Shown: positions 18,752 through 28,375 of the stretch, piece after piece
Layout: each line of letters begins with the position of its first letter
How positions within the stretch are numbered: position 1 is the stretch's first letter
Origin: an uncultured Candidatus Micrarchaeota archaeon
Lineage (GTDB): Archaea > Micrarchaeota > Micrarchaeia > Burarchaeales > Fermentimicrarchaeaceae
Direction of reading: 5' to 3'
DNA length: 64,000 nt
NCBI GenBank assembly: GCA_963760615.1
Contig: CAVXDX010000007.1
Coordinates: 32,001-96,000 of the forward strand
Notes under the pieces: generated by a model
The model's database searches: none
Seen by the model: the letters and a program-made list of their open reading frames with translations, nothing else
What the model was told of the DNA's origin: nothing
Translations under genes and position numbers: made by a program

Positions 18752-20287
18752 ATGGGTGGTGAATGGAAGATTGCTTCGCACAAGCGGTTTGAATTGGCTT
18801 TCTACTCAATTGTCATTCTATTCTTCCTGCTACTGGTATTCGCGCCAATTCTTTACATTGCGGTGAAAGGCTGTCCTGATTCCCGTGCGATATGTTTCCC
18901 ATCCATATATCTGACTAATGAGATGAAGGACGCACTCTTTAATTCATTCTCCATTGCATTTCTCGCAGTGGTACTTGACATAATATTCGGAATTCCAATT
19001 GCCTGGGTCATAGCGAGGTATAAAACAAAGCTTAAAGTCTACCTGAACTTCCTTGTTGACATGCCTCTGATAATGCCCACAGCTGCGCTGGGCTTCTCTG
19101 TTGCTTTATTCTGGGGAGGGGAGGGAATTGGGTTGCTGAGCAAGGGCTTCTGGATGATACTTGCCGTGCACACTGCTTTCACCTACCCGTATATTGTGAG
19201 GACTCTTTCCGCGGCAATTGAAGAAGTGGATACAACATATGAGATGGCTTCTAGGACTCTTGGAGCAACTCCGCTTACGGCTTTCAGGACAGTAACACTC
19301 CCGCTTTTCAAGTCCGGCCTGCTCATCGCGGCCCTGCTGGCATTCACTAGAAGCCTCAGCGAGACGGGCGCAACCATGATGGCTGTGGGCACAGGGCAAT
19401 TCTTCGCAGCAACGGCACCTGCCCAGACTCTACTTTACAAAAATAGCGGCGATATGGCATCTGCCATATCACTCAGTATTATACTCATCGCAATATCAAC
19501 CATTCTCCTGGCTTTGGTGAGATACGCATCAAACAGATTCGGCATCCCAACCGGTAAGATTTATCCGTCATTTGAGAGGTCACTAAACAACTTCAAGCTA
19601 GAGAAGAATGTGTTCGCCTTTGCATTCTTCATAGTTATTATACTTCTCCCATCCTTCTACCTGCTCAGATTTGTATACTATTCGCCGGGAGAATTTGGGG
19701 ATACAATGAATTCCATCGGTATATCATTCCTCATAGCATTTGTGGCCACCGTAATCAATCTAATCTTTGGGGTGGGGATGGCTCTGCTCATAGGCAGGAA
19801 CAAATACGGGCTTGGACCAGTTTTCGAGTTCCTTACAGATATGGTAATGGTGATGCCCACAGTTGCCTTGGGGCTTTCCCTAGGGATGTTTTGGAATCTG
19901 TTTAAGCTGAATGAGCTTCTTATTCTTGCGATGGTGCACATAAGCTTCTCCTATCCTTACATAGTGAAGCCTGTTGCGGCTTCCATAAGGGATTTGGATA
20001 AGAATCTGGAGGATGCTGCAAGGGTGCTTGGGGCAACTCCATTCAAAGTCTTCAGGACAATAACACTGCCGCTTATAATGCCCAGCATACTGGCAGGTGC
20101 AGTGATGGCTTTCATGAGGAGCCTGAGCGAGACAGGCGCAACAATGGCAGTCTCAAAAACATTTAAAACAATCCCCGTGCTAATAGTAGGATTTGTAAAT
20201 GCGAACAAATATGGGGATGCGGCATTTGCATCTGCTCTGCTGCTAGGGGTTTCATTCATTGCAGCATACTTTCTGAGGAGGAAGTGA
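18752..20287 (+). CDS. ABC transporter permease with two tandem domains (FbpB/ThiP/CysTW-like)
   Basis: Two EAA-like loops (YEMASRTLGA, LEDAARVLGA), duplicated RSLSETGAT. Confidence 0.88.
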   Translation: MGGEWKIASHKRFELAFYSIVILFFLLLVFAPILYIAVKGCPDSRAICFPSIYLTNEMKDALFNSFSIAFLAVVLDIIFGIPIAWVIARYKTKLKVYLNFLVDMPLIMPTAALGFSVALFWGGEGIGLLSKGFWMILAVHTAFTYPYIVRTLSAAIEEVDTTYEMASRTLGATPLTAFRTVTLPLFKSGLLIAALLAFTRSLSETGATMMAVGTGQFFAATAPAQTLLYKNSGDMASAISLSIILIAISTILLALVRYASNRFGIPTGKIYPSFERSLNNFKLEKNVFAFAFFIVIILLPSFYLLRFVYYSPGEFGDTMNSIGISFLIAFVATVINLIFGVGMALLIGRNKYGLGPVFEFLTDMVMVMPTVALGLSLGMFWNLFKLNELLILAMVHISFSYPYIVKPVAASIRDLDKNLEDAARVLGATPFKVFRTITLPLIMPSILAGAVMAFMRSLSETGATMAVSKTFKTIPVLIVGFVNANKYGDAAFASALLLGVSFIAAYFLRRK

Positions 20288-20291
20288 GTGA

Positions 20292-21353
20292 ATGCCTGAT
20301 GTGAAAGTAGTTAATGTTTCAAAATTCTTCGGCAACATAAAGGCACTTGTGGGTATAAATCTTGAAATAAACGATGGGGAGTATGTAGTGCTGCTCGGAC
20401 CCAGCGGGTGCGGTAAGACAACCCTGCTGAAGATTATCGCCGGCGTGTGGGAGCCAACCACCGGGAAGGTGTACATAGATGGAAATGACATCACAGACCT
20501 TCCTCCTGAGGACAGAAACATCGGCTTCGTCTTCCAGAACTACGCGCTATTCCCCCACCTCAATGTTTTTGATAACACCATCTACGGACCTGTGGTGAGG
20601 GGGAAGGATGCTGAGGAGAGCAGGAGGAGTGCAAGGGAGATGCTGCACCTTGTGAGGCTGGCTGCAAGGCATGATGCCTTCCCTGCTGAACTCTCAGGGG
20701 GAATGCAGCAGAGGCTGGCAGTTGCCAGAGCACTCACCACCGGCTCGAGCCTGCTGTTCCTGGATGAGCCGCTCTCTGCCCTCGATGCCAAGATAGGGGC
20801 CGAGCTGCGGAGCGAGATGAGGAAGATGATTAAGGATTTGAAACTCACTGCTATACATGTCACTCACAACCAAGAGGAGGCAATGGAAGTTGCAGACAAA
20901 ATAGTTGTGATGAGGAGAGGGAGGGTGGAGCAGGTGGGTTCCCCTGAGGAGATTTACAGGAATCCTGCAAACCTTTTCGTAGCGCACTTCCTTGGCGATG
21001 CGAACTTCATAGAGGCAGCAGCTTCCGATTATGGCTCATGCTGCAAATTAAAGATGCTGAGGTGGGAGTTGGAAATACCAAAGGTGAAGCCAGGTGCGTA
21101 TGTTGCCGTTGTGAGACCTGAGAAGGTTGAAGTTGGGGATGGAGGAGCTGAAGGGGTTGTAAAGAACTTTAGGTTTCTTGGGGGCTTGTCCTATGTAGAA
21201 GTTGGCATTGGGAATGAGTCAGTCATATCAAGGTTCCCCAGTGGAAGAGAGTATGAATTGGGCGAGAAGGTCTGCGTGCGCTTCAAGCCCGAGGATGTTA
21301 AATTGTTTAAGTATCCCGACGAGGGACTGAAGGAGGCGTTGAGAGTTGACTAG
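20292..21353 (+). CDS. ABC transporter ATP-binding protein (PotA/CysA/FbpC-like with TOBE tail)
   Basis: GPSGCGKT, LSGGMQQR, LDEPLSALD, HVTH. Confidence 0.92.
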   Translation: MPDVKVVNVSKFFGNIKALVGINLEINDGEYVVLLGPSGCGKTTLLKIIAGVWEPTTGKVYIDGNDITDLPPEDRNIGFVFQNYALFPHLNVFDNTIYGPVVRGKDAEESRRSAREMLHLVRLAARHDAFPAELSGGMQQRLAVARALTTGSSLLFLDEPLSALDAKIGAELRSEMRKMIKDLKLTAIHVTHNQEEAMEVADKIVVMRRGRVEQVGSPEEIYRNPANLFVAHFLGDANFIEAAASDYGSCCKLKMLRWELEIPKVKPGAYVAVVRPEKVEVGDGGAEGVVKNFRFLGGLSYVEVGIGNESVISRFPSGREYELGEKVCVRFKPEDVKLFKYPDEGLKEALRVD

Positions 21354-21978
21354 CATATCTGAATGGTTTGGTGAGAGGAGGGAGGAGAAGGTTCTTGACA
21401 TGTTCAAGAAGGAGTTCGAGCTCGGCACAAAGTCCATAGAAGAGCTTGTGAATATGGTGGAGAAAGGGGGACGGAAGTTCGACAGGATACAGATGTTTGA
21501 GAAGGAGGCTGATGAGGTAAGAAGAGGTATAATGGAGCAGCTTGCAAAGGGTGAGCTTGCAAGTCAGGATAAGGAAGACCTCATGCGCCTTGCAAAAGAG
21601 ACAGATTCTATAAATGACTGGATATACACGGCAAGCAAGAACCTCTCTGCCATAGGGAAGCTGAGGGACTCGGAGAAGAAGCTCCTTGTTGAGATGTGCA
21701 AGAACGATAGGGATGCCATTGAGAAGCTCAATGAGTGCATGGATAAAATAACTTCTGGCGACAAGGAAGGCGCAATGGGGCTGGCGCACAAGGTTGAGAG
21801 AGTGGAAGAAGCAGTGGATGACCAGTACTACGATTCAAAGAAAATTTTGCTGAAGGAGAACAGACCTGGCGCAGAGGCAATTCTTATGTATGCACTCTTC
21901 CAATCAGTGGAGAATATAGCGGATGCGTGCGAGAACACTTCGGACCAGATAAGGCTAATACTTGTGAAGTTCTGGTAG
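21346..21978 (+). CDS. DUF47/PhoU-like putative phosphate transport regulator
   Basis: EKEADEVRR...VERVEEAVD...ENIADACE helical repeat pattern. Confidence 0.8.
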   Translation: MTSISEWFGERREEKVLDMFKKEFELGTKSIEELVNMVEKGGRKFDRIQMFEKEADEVRRGIMEQLAKGELASQDKEDLMRLAKETDSINDWIYTASKNLSAIGKLRDSEKKLLVEMCKNDRDAIEKLNECMDKITSGDKEGAMGLAHKVERVEEAVDDQYYDSKKILLKENRPGAEAILMYALFQSVENIADACENTSDQIRLILVKFW

Positions 21979-21986
21979 GTGAGTAA

Positions 21987-22090
21987 TGCGGGGGGAGGGA
22001 TTTGAACCCACGTAGCACCTAAGTGCACAGGATCTTAAGTTTGGCAGGCATAAGCCACCTGCCCTTTAGACCAAGCTCAGGCACCCCCGC
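21987..22090 (-). tRNA. tRNA-Leu(TAA), intron-containing, CCA not encoded
   Basis: GCGGGGG/CCCCCGC acceptor with discriminator A; after intron removal CAGGA-CT TAA GA-TCCTG anticodon arm; long variable arm GCAC/GTGC; GGGTTCAAATCCC T-arm; 87 nt mature. Confidence 0.95.
22041..22057 (-). other. 17-nt tRNA intron at non-canonical position 30/31
   Basis: TGGCTTATGCCTGCCAA forms a complete bulge-helix-bulge: AAG-GGCA-GG|T-GGC-TTAT-GCC-TGCC-AA|A-CTT. Confidence 0.9.
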
Positions 22091-22115
22091 ACGTATAATG
22101 TTTGTAGAAAGAGTA

Positions 22116-22123
22116 ATTTAAAT
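22116..22123 (-). promoter_or_regulatory. TATA box of the tRNA-Leu gene
   Basis: ATTTAAAT 26-33 nt upstream of the mature tRNA 5' end. Confidence 0.6.
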
Positions 22124-22156
22124 CTAGTGAATTTTTAGCATTATTTCAAAAGCAGA

Positions 22157-22534
22157 CTAGCGCAACTGTCCTCTGCCCATTTTCCTTCGTTTTGATTCGT
22201 TTTCTTCTGTAAGCCCCTTATGTCTCGGCGAGGAGTAAAAGTCGGCTATGTTTCTTATTGCAAATGCCGCTTCCATGAAGCAGAAAAAGGAGAGAATGTA
22301 GAGTAAGAAGAGCGCCCAGTCGGGTATTACCATTTCAGGCGTTACAATTAATTCGACATAAATGAGGATAAGTCTGCTTAAAGAGATAGCCACACCCCAC
22401 ATCATCCAGACGACAACCGCCTTCCAAGGCCCTCCGTAATACTTGCGCCTAGCTTGGTATACTGTGAAAATTGCCACAAGACCGAGGAGCACAGCAACAG
22501 TGCCAGTTACCAAATCTGCATAATTCATATGCAC
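22157..22534 (-). CDS. hypothetical 3-TM membrane protein
   Basis: Three hydrophobic segments; co-oriented downstream of PAC2. Confidence 0.65.
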   Translation of the reverse strand: MHMNYADLVTGTVAVLLGLVAIFTVYQARRKYYGGPWKAVVVWMMWGVAISLSRLILIYVELIVTPEMVIPDWALFLLYILSFFCFMEAAFAIRNIADFYSSPRHKGLTEENESKRRKMGRGQLR

Positions 22535-22559
22535 CCTTTTCTCTCAATATTGAGGCGTA

Positions 22560-23300
22560 TTAACCATACATAGGTCCAATCTCCTCAACCTTCTTGTAGT
22601 CGCTGTGCGCATCCCTTGCTTTTAACATGAGCTCCTTCATCCTTCCTTCTACATCAGCAGATTCCGCTATGAGCTCCTCCGTGCTGATCTTTATATTGAC
22701 GAGCTTCTTCAGCGATTCTATGACCAACGCAGCTGCCTTCGGGTCTAGGAATTCCGGCTTGGAGTCTGCCAGAAGCGAGACAGCAGGAAATTTCCTTGAG
22801 CAACAATCTGCAAGCAGCACACCACTAACCCCAGTTGTTGCACCCTCTTTTATTGTTTTAATTCCAGCAGCCTCAAGTTCCTCCACAAGCTTCGGTGTGC
22901 TTGCTATTCCGAAAACAACATCCTCCTGGTCCTTGACAACTATGCCCCCGAGCGATATTATCTCCCGGACTTCCCTCTCAATGCACCAATCAAGTATCTT
23001 CTCTGACAGCTCATGAATGCTCTGGAGCGGTATGATGAACTCGGAGAAGAGCACGAGCAGGTTGCTCTTCTGCGACTTGTAGATTCTTGCGGGATGGAGC
23101 GGCACCTTATTATGCACTGCCGCTATGGGAGGGAACCTCTCAGAGGTTATGTGCCCCAGCAGATCCATTTTGAGCTTTTCAACAATGTAGCTTGACGCTA
23201 TTGTTCCCACAAGTCCTATACCTGGAAAGCCCTCTACGAGTATAGGTTTCTTCAAGTCGAACTCAGAGGTTTCGATGATTTTAACGGGCATAATGATCAT
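22560..23300 (-). CDS. PAC2-family proteasome assembly chaperone/activator with C-terminal HbYX
   Basis: VEGFPGIGLVGTIAS, EIISLGG, GVSGVLL, DPKAAA; ends in MYG. Confidence 0.9.
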   Translation of the reverse strand: MIIMPVKIIETSEFDLKKPILVEGFPGIGLVGTIASSYIVEKLKMDLLGHITSERFPPIAAVHNKVPLHPARIYKSQKSNLLVLFSEFIIPLQSIHELSEKILDWCIEREVREIISLGGIVVKDQEDVVFGIASTPKLVEELEAAGIKTIKEGATTGVSGVLLADCCSRKFPAVSLLADSKPEFLDPKAAALVIESLKKLVNIKISTEELIAESADVEGRMKELMLKARDAHSDYKKVEEIGPMYG

Positions 23301-23320
23301 TGGTCGTCTTGTGACATGCT

Positions 23321-23342
23321 CCCACCTATGAATAGGTGTGGG
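23321..23342. repeat. subterminal right-end hairpin of the IS (omegaRNA/RE scaffold)
   Basis: cccacctatgaataggtgtggg imperfect palindrome overlapping the tnpB stop codon. Confidence 0.7.
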
Positions 23343-24477
23343 CTTCCTGCTTCACAGACATTGCTACCGCAACATCTCTCTCCATTACGGAATTGCAGGC
23401 GTTACTTCCCCCTTGCCCAGGGGTAGCTCTGATGAGTATATTACATGCAGCATTTATATCCCTGTCTGTTGATAAACCGCATTCAGGACAGGTGTATGTC
23501 CTCTCACAGAGACTCAAATCATTTTTGAGATTTCCGCACCTGCTGCACATCTTCGAAGTATTTTCAGGGTCTACAAACACTACCCTGCATCCAGCTACCT
23601 CCGCCTTGTATGCAAGCATGTTTGCAAACATGTTCCATCCTGCATCGTTGATTTGCTTGCCGTATCTCTGTTCTGCCATTTGCTGTGAGGTAAGTTTCTC
23701 CAATGCAATGAAGGAATAAGCATTCACCAAATTAGTTGTTGTCTTATGTAGGAAGTCTCTCCTGCAGTCTGAAATTTTTTCGTGTAACTTTGCTACCCTT
23801 ACTTTAGCTCTTTTCTTACTGACACTTCCTTTCTTTTTCTTTGAGAACTCTCTCTGTAGGAAGGTAATTCTCTCTTCATATTTCGTGAAATGTCTTGGGT
23901 TGTTTACTGTCATTCCATTTGACAAAGTTGCAAATGTCATCAGCCCCAGGTCAACCCCAACTGCCTCTCCTTTGTTTTCTTTTGGAATTTCTTTAGGTGT
24001 TTCAACACAAAATATTGCAAACCACTTTCCTGAAGATTCTCTCTTCAGAGTGAGGGTTTTTATTTCACCTTTTATCTCCATGTGTTTCTTTATTGCAATC
24101 TCTCCAAAAGGAGTCACCTTGAGCTTCTTATCTAAAGAGAAACCAAACTTATACTGTGGGTAATTCAAACTCTTAATTCTCTCAAAAGACTTGAATCTTG
24201 GAAAACCGCATTTTATCCCCTTCTTTCTCAGCGTGAAGATTCTCATCACTGAATTGTAAACCCGGTGTGCAATCTCCTGCTGTGTCTGGGAGTAGAGTCC
24301 GTAGTCTTTTACCATAAGCTGGAGAGTATTCTTTTTTGGAAAATAAGCGAAGTCTTCGTAGGTCTGTTTGCAATGTTCCAGAAGTTCATTCCAGAGATTC
24401 TTCGCTAACCAGAGATGTTTATTCAGAAGCTTCTCCTGCTTCTTTGAAGGATATATCCTGAATTTGTAGGCTTTCAT
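23326..24477 (-). CDS. tnpB: TnpB RNA-guided endonuclease
   Basis: KAYKFRIYP N-terminus; RuvC-I GVDLG, RuvC-II ALEKL, Zn finger CSRCG/CPECG, RuvC-III DRDINAA. Confidence 0.95.
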   Translation of the reverse strand: MKAYKFRIYPSKKQEKLLNKHLWLAKNLWNELLEHCKQTYEDFAYFPKKNTLQLMVKDYGLYSQTQQEIAHRVYNSVMRIFTLRKKGIKCGFPRFKSFERIKSLNYPQYKFGFSLDKKLKVTPFGEIAIKKHMEIKGEIKTLTLKRESSGKWFAIFCVETPKEIPKENKGEAVGVDLGLMTFATLSNGMTVNNPRHFTKYEERITFLQREFSKKKKGSVSKKRAKVRVAKLHEKISDCRRDFLHKTTTNLVNAYSFIALEKLTSQQMAEQRYGKQINDAGWNMFANMLAYKAEVAGCRVVFVDPENTSKMCSRCGNLKNDLSLCERTYTCPECGLSTDRDINAACNILIRATPGQGGSNACNSVMERDVAVAMSVKQEAHTYS

Positions 24478-24547
24478 AGACGTTATTTACTTCTATTTTT
24501 TCCTTTATAAACCTCGTGGAGGGGTAGCTTTCCAATGAAAGGTGAAT

Positions 24548-24889
24548 TTATATGCAAAGCCTGTTCTTGGGAAGCTTGCTGCCAACCTTTATCCCCCTTC
24601 TTTTAGCCTCTCCCGCTTTCATCTCAATTAAATATTTCGCAGGTTTCTTAGGGGTTATTTTAGATGTGAATGGTTTAACCTCACTCCTTACGTCAACAAC
24701 AACACCTTTTGAGTTTAGGAAGACTGCATCAAAAGGGAAGAATACAAAGAAGGAGTGGATTGCACTCAGTTCCCTAGACTCTGACGGCATTATGAAGAGG
24801 AGGGGTTTCTTAATGTTTCTTCTGAACATGAGGCCCCGTAGTCTCTTCCGCGTCGTATCCGCAAGCTCAAATTCATCTGAGAAGGTCAC
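24548..24889 (-). CDS. DUF192 family protein
   Basis: ADTTRKRLRGLMFR, IHSFFVFFPFDAVFLN, YLIEM. Confidence 0.85.
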   Translation of the reverse strand: MTFSDEFELADTTRKRLRGLMFRRNIKKPLLFIMPSESRELSAIHSFFVFFPFDAVFLNSKGVVVDVRSEVKPFTSKITPKKPAKYLIEMKAGEAKRRGIKVGSKLPKNRLCI

Positions 24890-25581
24890 CTACCGAACCT
24901 CCTTTTTCTTTTTTTGTAATCTTCCAGCGCATCCTTCAAATCCTGCTCCGAGAAATCAGGCCAGAGCTTGGGGCAGAAGTAGAGCTCGCTGTATGCGCTC
25001 TTCCATGGCATGAAGCCTGAGAGCCTCTGCTCGCCAGATGTGCGTATGATTAAATCGGGATCCGGCAGTTCGCCGGTGGAGAGGTATTTGGGGAAGTCTT
25101 CCTCTCTGATGGACTTAAGCTTTCCATTCTTGCATTCTTTGAGAATGGAGTTGCATGCATCCACAATCTCCTGCCTTCCGCCATAGGCGAGGAGTATGTT
25201 CACAAAGTAATTGCTGTATTTCTCAGTCTCCTTCTCAAATTTTTCGATGCTCGCCCTCACTTTCGGAGTGAGCAGCTCCTTCTTCCCAAAAACCCTCACT
25301 CGTATCTTGTTCTCGTGGACCTCCTCGCTGTTTATCTCTCTTATCTTCTGCTCGAAGAGTTTCATAAGAAGCTGGACCTCATCCCTGTCCCTATCAAAAT
25401 TTTCCATGGAGAACCCCCAGAGGGTTACCATGCGTATATTCAGATTTCTGCACCATTCCAAAACTGTCCGGAGCTTGTTTATGCCTATCCTGTGCCCCTC
25501 TATGATGGGCAAGCCATGCTGCCTAGCCCATCTCCTGTTACCATCAGGTATTATTGCGAGATGCTGCGGCAGGTCTTGCAT
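24886..25581 (-). CDS. uppS: cis-prenyltransferase (polyprenyl diphosphate synthase)
   Basis: HLAIIPDGNRRWA, FSMENF.R, AYGGRQEI, DLIIRTSGEQRLSGF; likely ATG at 25581. Confidence 0.93.
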   Translation of the reverse strand: MQDLPQHLAIIPDGNRRWARQHGLPIIEGHRIGINKLRTVLEWCRNLNIRMVTLWGFSMENFDRDRDEVQLLMKLFEQKIREINSEEVHENKIRVRVFGKKELLTPKVRASIEKFEKETEKYSNYFVNILLAYGGRQEIVDACNSILKECKNGKLKSIREEDFPKYLSTGELPDPDLIIRTSGEQRLSGFMPWKSAYSELYFCPKLWPDFSEQDLKDALEDYKKRKRRFGR

Positions 25582-25697
25582 AGAATAATTGTTGGGGTAT
25601 GATGATTTATTATTGTTTACGTTCGGGCGTAGCACTGGGAAGGTGGTTGGTTGCTACAATGCGCATATATTTATTATTCACAGTGCTTTAAGAATTC

Positions 25698-27129
25698 ATG
25701 AATAAGAATACAGCTTTGGTATTACTTCTTTTTATTGTTCTGAACATCCTATCTGCCTTTTACCAACCGTTCTCAAAAAGTTTTTCTGTTGATGAGGGTC
25801 AGTACATACTCATAGCAAAAAAAATGCTGGATGGATGGGTTCCGTATAGGGATATAGTGGACAATAAACCGCTTGGCATGTATCTTTCGCTAATACCCGC
25901 TGTGCTGCTAGGCGGAAAGGATATGGTTAAGCTGAGGCTGTATGGAGCATTGATTGCCAGCCTCACCTCATTTTTAATTTTTTTGATAGGCGAGAAAGTA
26001 AAAAACAAACTTGCCTGGCCTGATAGGCGCTTTAGCATATATCTACATGGTGGCATTTCCCGGGTTGGGCGGCTATTTCTTGATAACCGAGCCCATGGCA
26101 AACTTATTTGTAGTTGCGCTTTTCTACATTTTATTATCCAAGGAAAAAACCTATTCAGATTTTTTTCTGATAGGGGCTCTGGCGGCCATATCCTGCTCCA
26201 TAAGGCAGAACTGCATTTTTGTTTTTGCCCCAATAATTTTTGACGTTTTATGTTGCAAGCAGAAAATGGATAAGAAAAAAATCACTGCAGCCTTCTTGTG
26301 CGGCATAGTGGTGATAGCTGTGCCTATGCTGCTCTACCTAACCCTAAACTCGGCACTCTGGGATGCAGTCTACTGGTGCGGCTATGCGAACATTAGATTC
26401 ATGCGTAACGGCGGGATTGAATGGAAAATAGAACAGCTCGGCAGTTTTTCAACTTTCTTCTATCCTCTCATACTATTTGCGGCAGCAACGCTGGTTGGTA
26501 TGACGCGGGAGAAGAAGCTGATGTGGCTATGGCTGCTCAGCGCCCTAGTCATGGTGCAGGTAGGTTACTCAGTACTCCACAACTATCTTCTTCTAGGCCC
26601 GCCCTTATCAATTCTTGCAGCTACGGGGGCTATGGAGCTTTATAAATGGAGCTCTGGCAAAGGCTGGTTTGCCAATGCCTGCAGAGGAGTATTTATATTC
26701 TTAGCCGCCAGCGCATTTTTGTTGGTTGTTTTTGAGCTTTGGACAATAGCCAAAATGGGAAGAGATGAGGAGAATTATGACAGGCAGTGGGCGGTAAGCG
26801 AGTATATCGCATCACATACTAACAAGGATGATGGGATTTTTGTGTTTATGGCAGACCCCTATATATACTACATAACGGATAGAAAGCCGGTTACTAGGGT
26901 GACATTCTTCTGGATTGAACTGCTGCAGTTTACTAATGATAGCGAGAAGAATGAGTACATATTCGGACCGCTTGAGAAAAGCAAACCGAAATATTTTGTG
27001 ATGAACCCTTTGTATTATGAAAACGACAGCAGTGTTATACCCATAAGAAATTATTTGAATGAGAGGTATACGCCTGTAGGGGATTGGGGGATGTATCATC
27101 TTTATGAGAGAAAACCGGGAAGTTCATGA
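25698..27129 (+). CDS. GT-C (ArnT/PMT-like) glycosyltransferase, frameshifted near 26013-26016
   Basis: N-part VDEGQY...PYRDIVDNKPLG continues as (A)GLIGAL...ITEPMANLF...IRQN if one base is removed from cttgcctggcctg. Confidence 0.8.
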
Positions 27130-27155
27130 TGCTTGCACTCTTCGTTCTCCCAATC

Positions 27156-28307
27156 TCATAGCAGTTTGTTGGATACAATGCTGCCGAATGCTTTGAGTAG
27201 AAAGCCTTTGAGCGGTGATGCGGCGGATGCAGAATTCAGCATGACCGTGGGGCTGTCCATATCGCCATGCTCAGCAAGAAACTTCTCGGCGCCAGTCCTC
27301 TTCGCAAGCTTGAAGTAGCCTTCTATCTGCCTGTCGCTCATGGAGTTGTAGATGCTCCTCATTCTTTCATGCAGTATAAGGTCCTTCCCGAATTTCCTCC
27401 TCCAGCTTATTTCATACTGGCTCGAATCCGCTCCCTTTAGTATGCTGGGCGCCATCCCCCCCGCTATCTTTGCGCAGTTCCCCCCGAAGATGATACCTCC
27501 ACCAGTAGTGGCTTTAACCTGCCCCGCTGCATCCCCAACAAGCAGAACTCCACTTGCGTATGTCTGCTCTCTGGGAGAGAGGGGTATGACGGCACTGAGT
27601 TCGTTTCTCTTCTTCGATTTTTTAAGAATCTTTGAAACAACTGGATGCCTCTTCACAAAATTATTGAAGTAATGCCTCGCCGGGAGGCTGTAGCTTCTCC
27701 GTATATCTCTGAAGACTCCAAGCCCAACCCGCGCTTCGGACTCATTCAATGGAATGCACCAGCCGAAAAAGCCTGGAAAGAGAGTATTTGATAGGAACAT
27801 TTCAACCACTCCCGCATCGGGTATGGGAACATTGATGAAGTCTGCTTGGCAGCAGAATGCGAAGTAGTTTATTTTAGGAAGTCGGTACCAGGCAGCAACC
27901 TGCGAGAGCGCCCCATCTGCGCCTATGATGAGTTTTGATTTCAGGTCTTTTCTCACAGCTCTCCTTCCAAGCAGAAGCTTTGCACCGCAACGCTCAGCCT
28001 CATCTGCGCATGTGGTGTCAAACTCCTTTCTGTCTATGACAAACGCCTTAATGTCTCTGCAGATTATGCTCATTCTATCCAGAGCAGGGGAGTATATTCT
28101 GGCTCCATATATACTGTTAAGAATTGCCTTTTTGTAGTCCACCCCAAGGCTGTCCAAGCCCGTCCTTGAGAGCAGGCCCGAGCATTTCAAGCGCGCTCCA
28201 ACCTCCTCATGCTCCTCAAGAATAGCAACATTGAGGTTTCTTTCTGCAGCCTCTCGCGCTGCTATGCAGCCTGCCGGGCCAGCACCTATAACCTGCATGT
28301 CATACAT
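27156..28307 (-). CDS. geranylgeranyl reductase family flavoprotein
   Basis: IGAGPAG, CSG, DRKEFD, PGFFGWCIP, LVGDAAGQVKATTGGGI. Confidence 0.9.
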   Translation of the reverse strand: MYDMQVIGAGPAGCIAAREAAERNLNVAILEEHEEVGARLKCSGLLSRTGLDSLGVDYKKAILNSIYGARIYSPALDRMSIICRDIKAFVIDRKEFDTTCADEAERCGAKLLLGRRAVRKDLKSKLIIGADGALSQVAAWYRLPKINYFAFCCQADFINVPIPDAGVVEMFLSNTLFPGFFGWCIPLNESEARVGLGVFRDIRRSYSLPARHYFNNFVKRHPVVSKILKKSKKRNELSAVIPLSPREQTYASGVLLVGDAAGQVKATTGGGIIFGGNCAKIAGGMAPSILKGADSSQYEISWRRKFGKDLILHERMRSIYNSMSDRQIEGYFKLAKRTGAEKFLAEHGDMDSPTVMLNSASAASPLKGFLLKAFGSIVSNKLL

Positions 28308-28375
28308 AAAAACACCACATATTTCACGTATTTAAATGTTTATGTTTATATTACTAAAAATTATAAAGTGATTAT

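Larger units (their letters stand above)
23311..24540 (-). mobile_element. IS200/IS605-family tnpB-only (IS1341-like) element; left boundary approximate
   Basis: Intact tnpB. Right end reads (minus) GAAGCCCACACCTATTCATAGGTGGGAGCATGTCAC with a subterminal hairpin and terminal TCAC at 23311. No tnpA. Sits between DUF192 (stop 24548) and PAC2. Confidence 0.8.
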
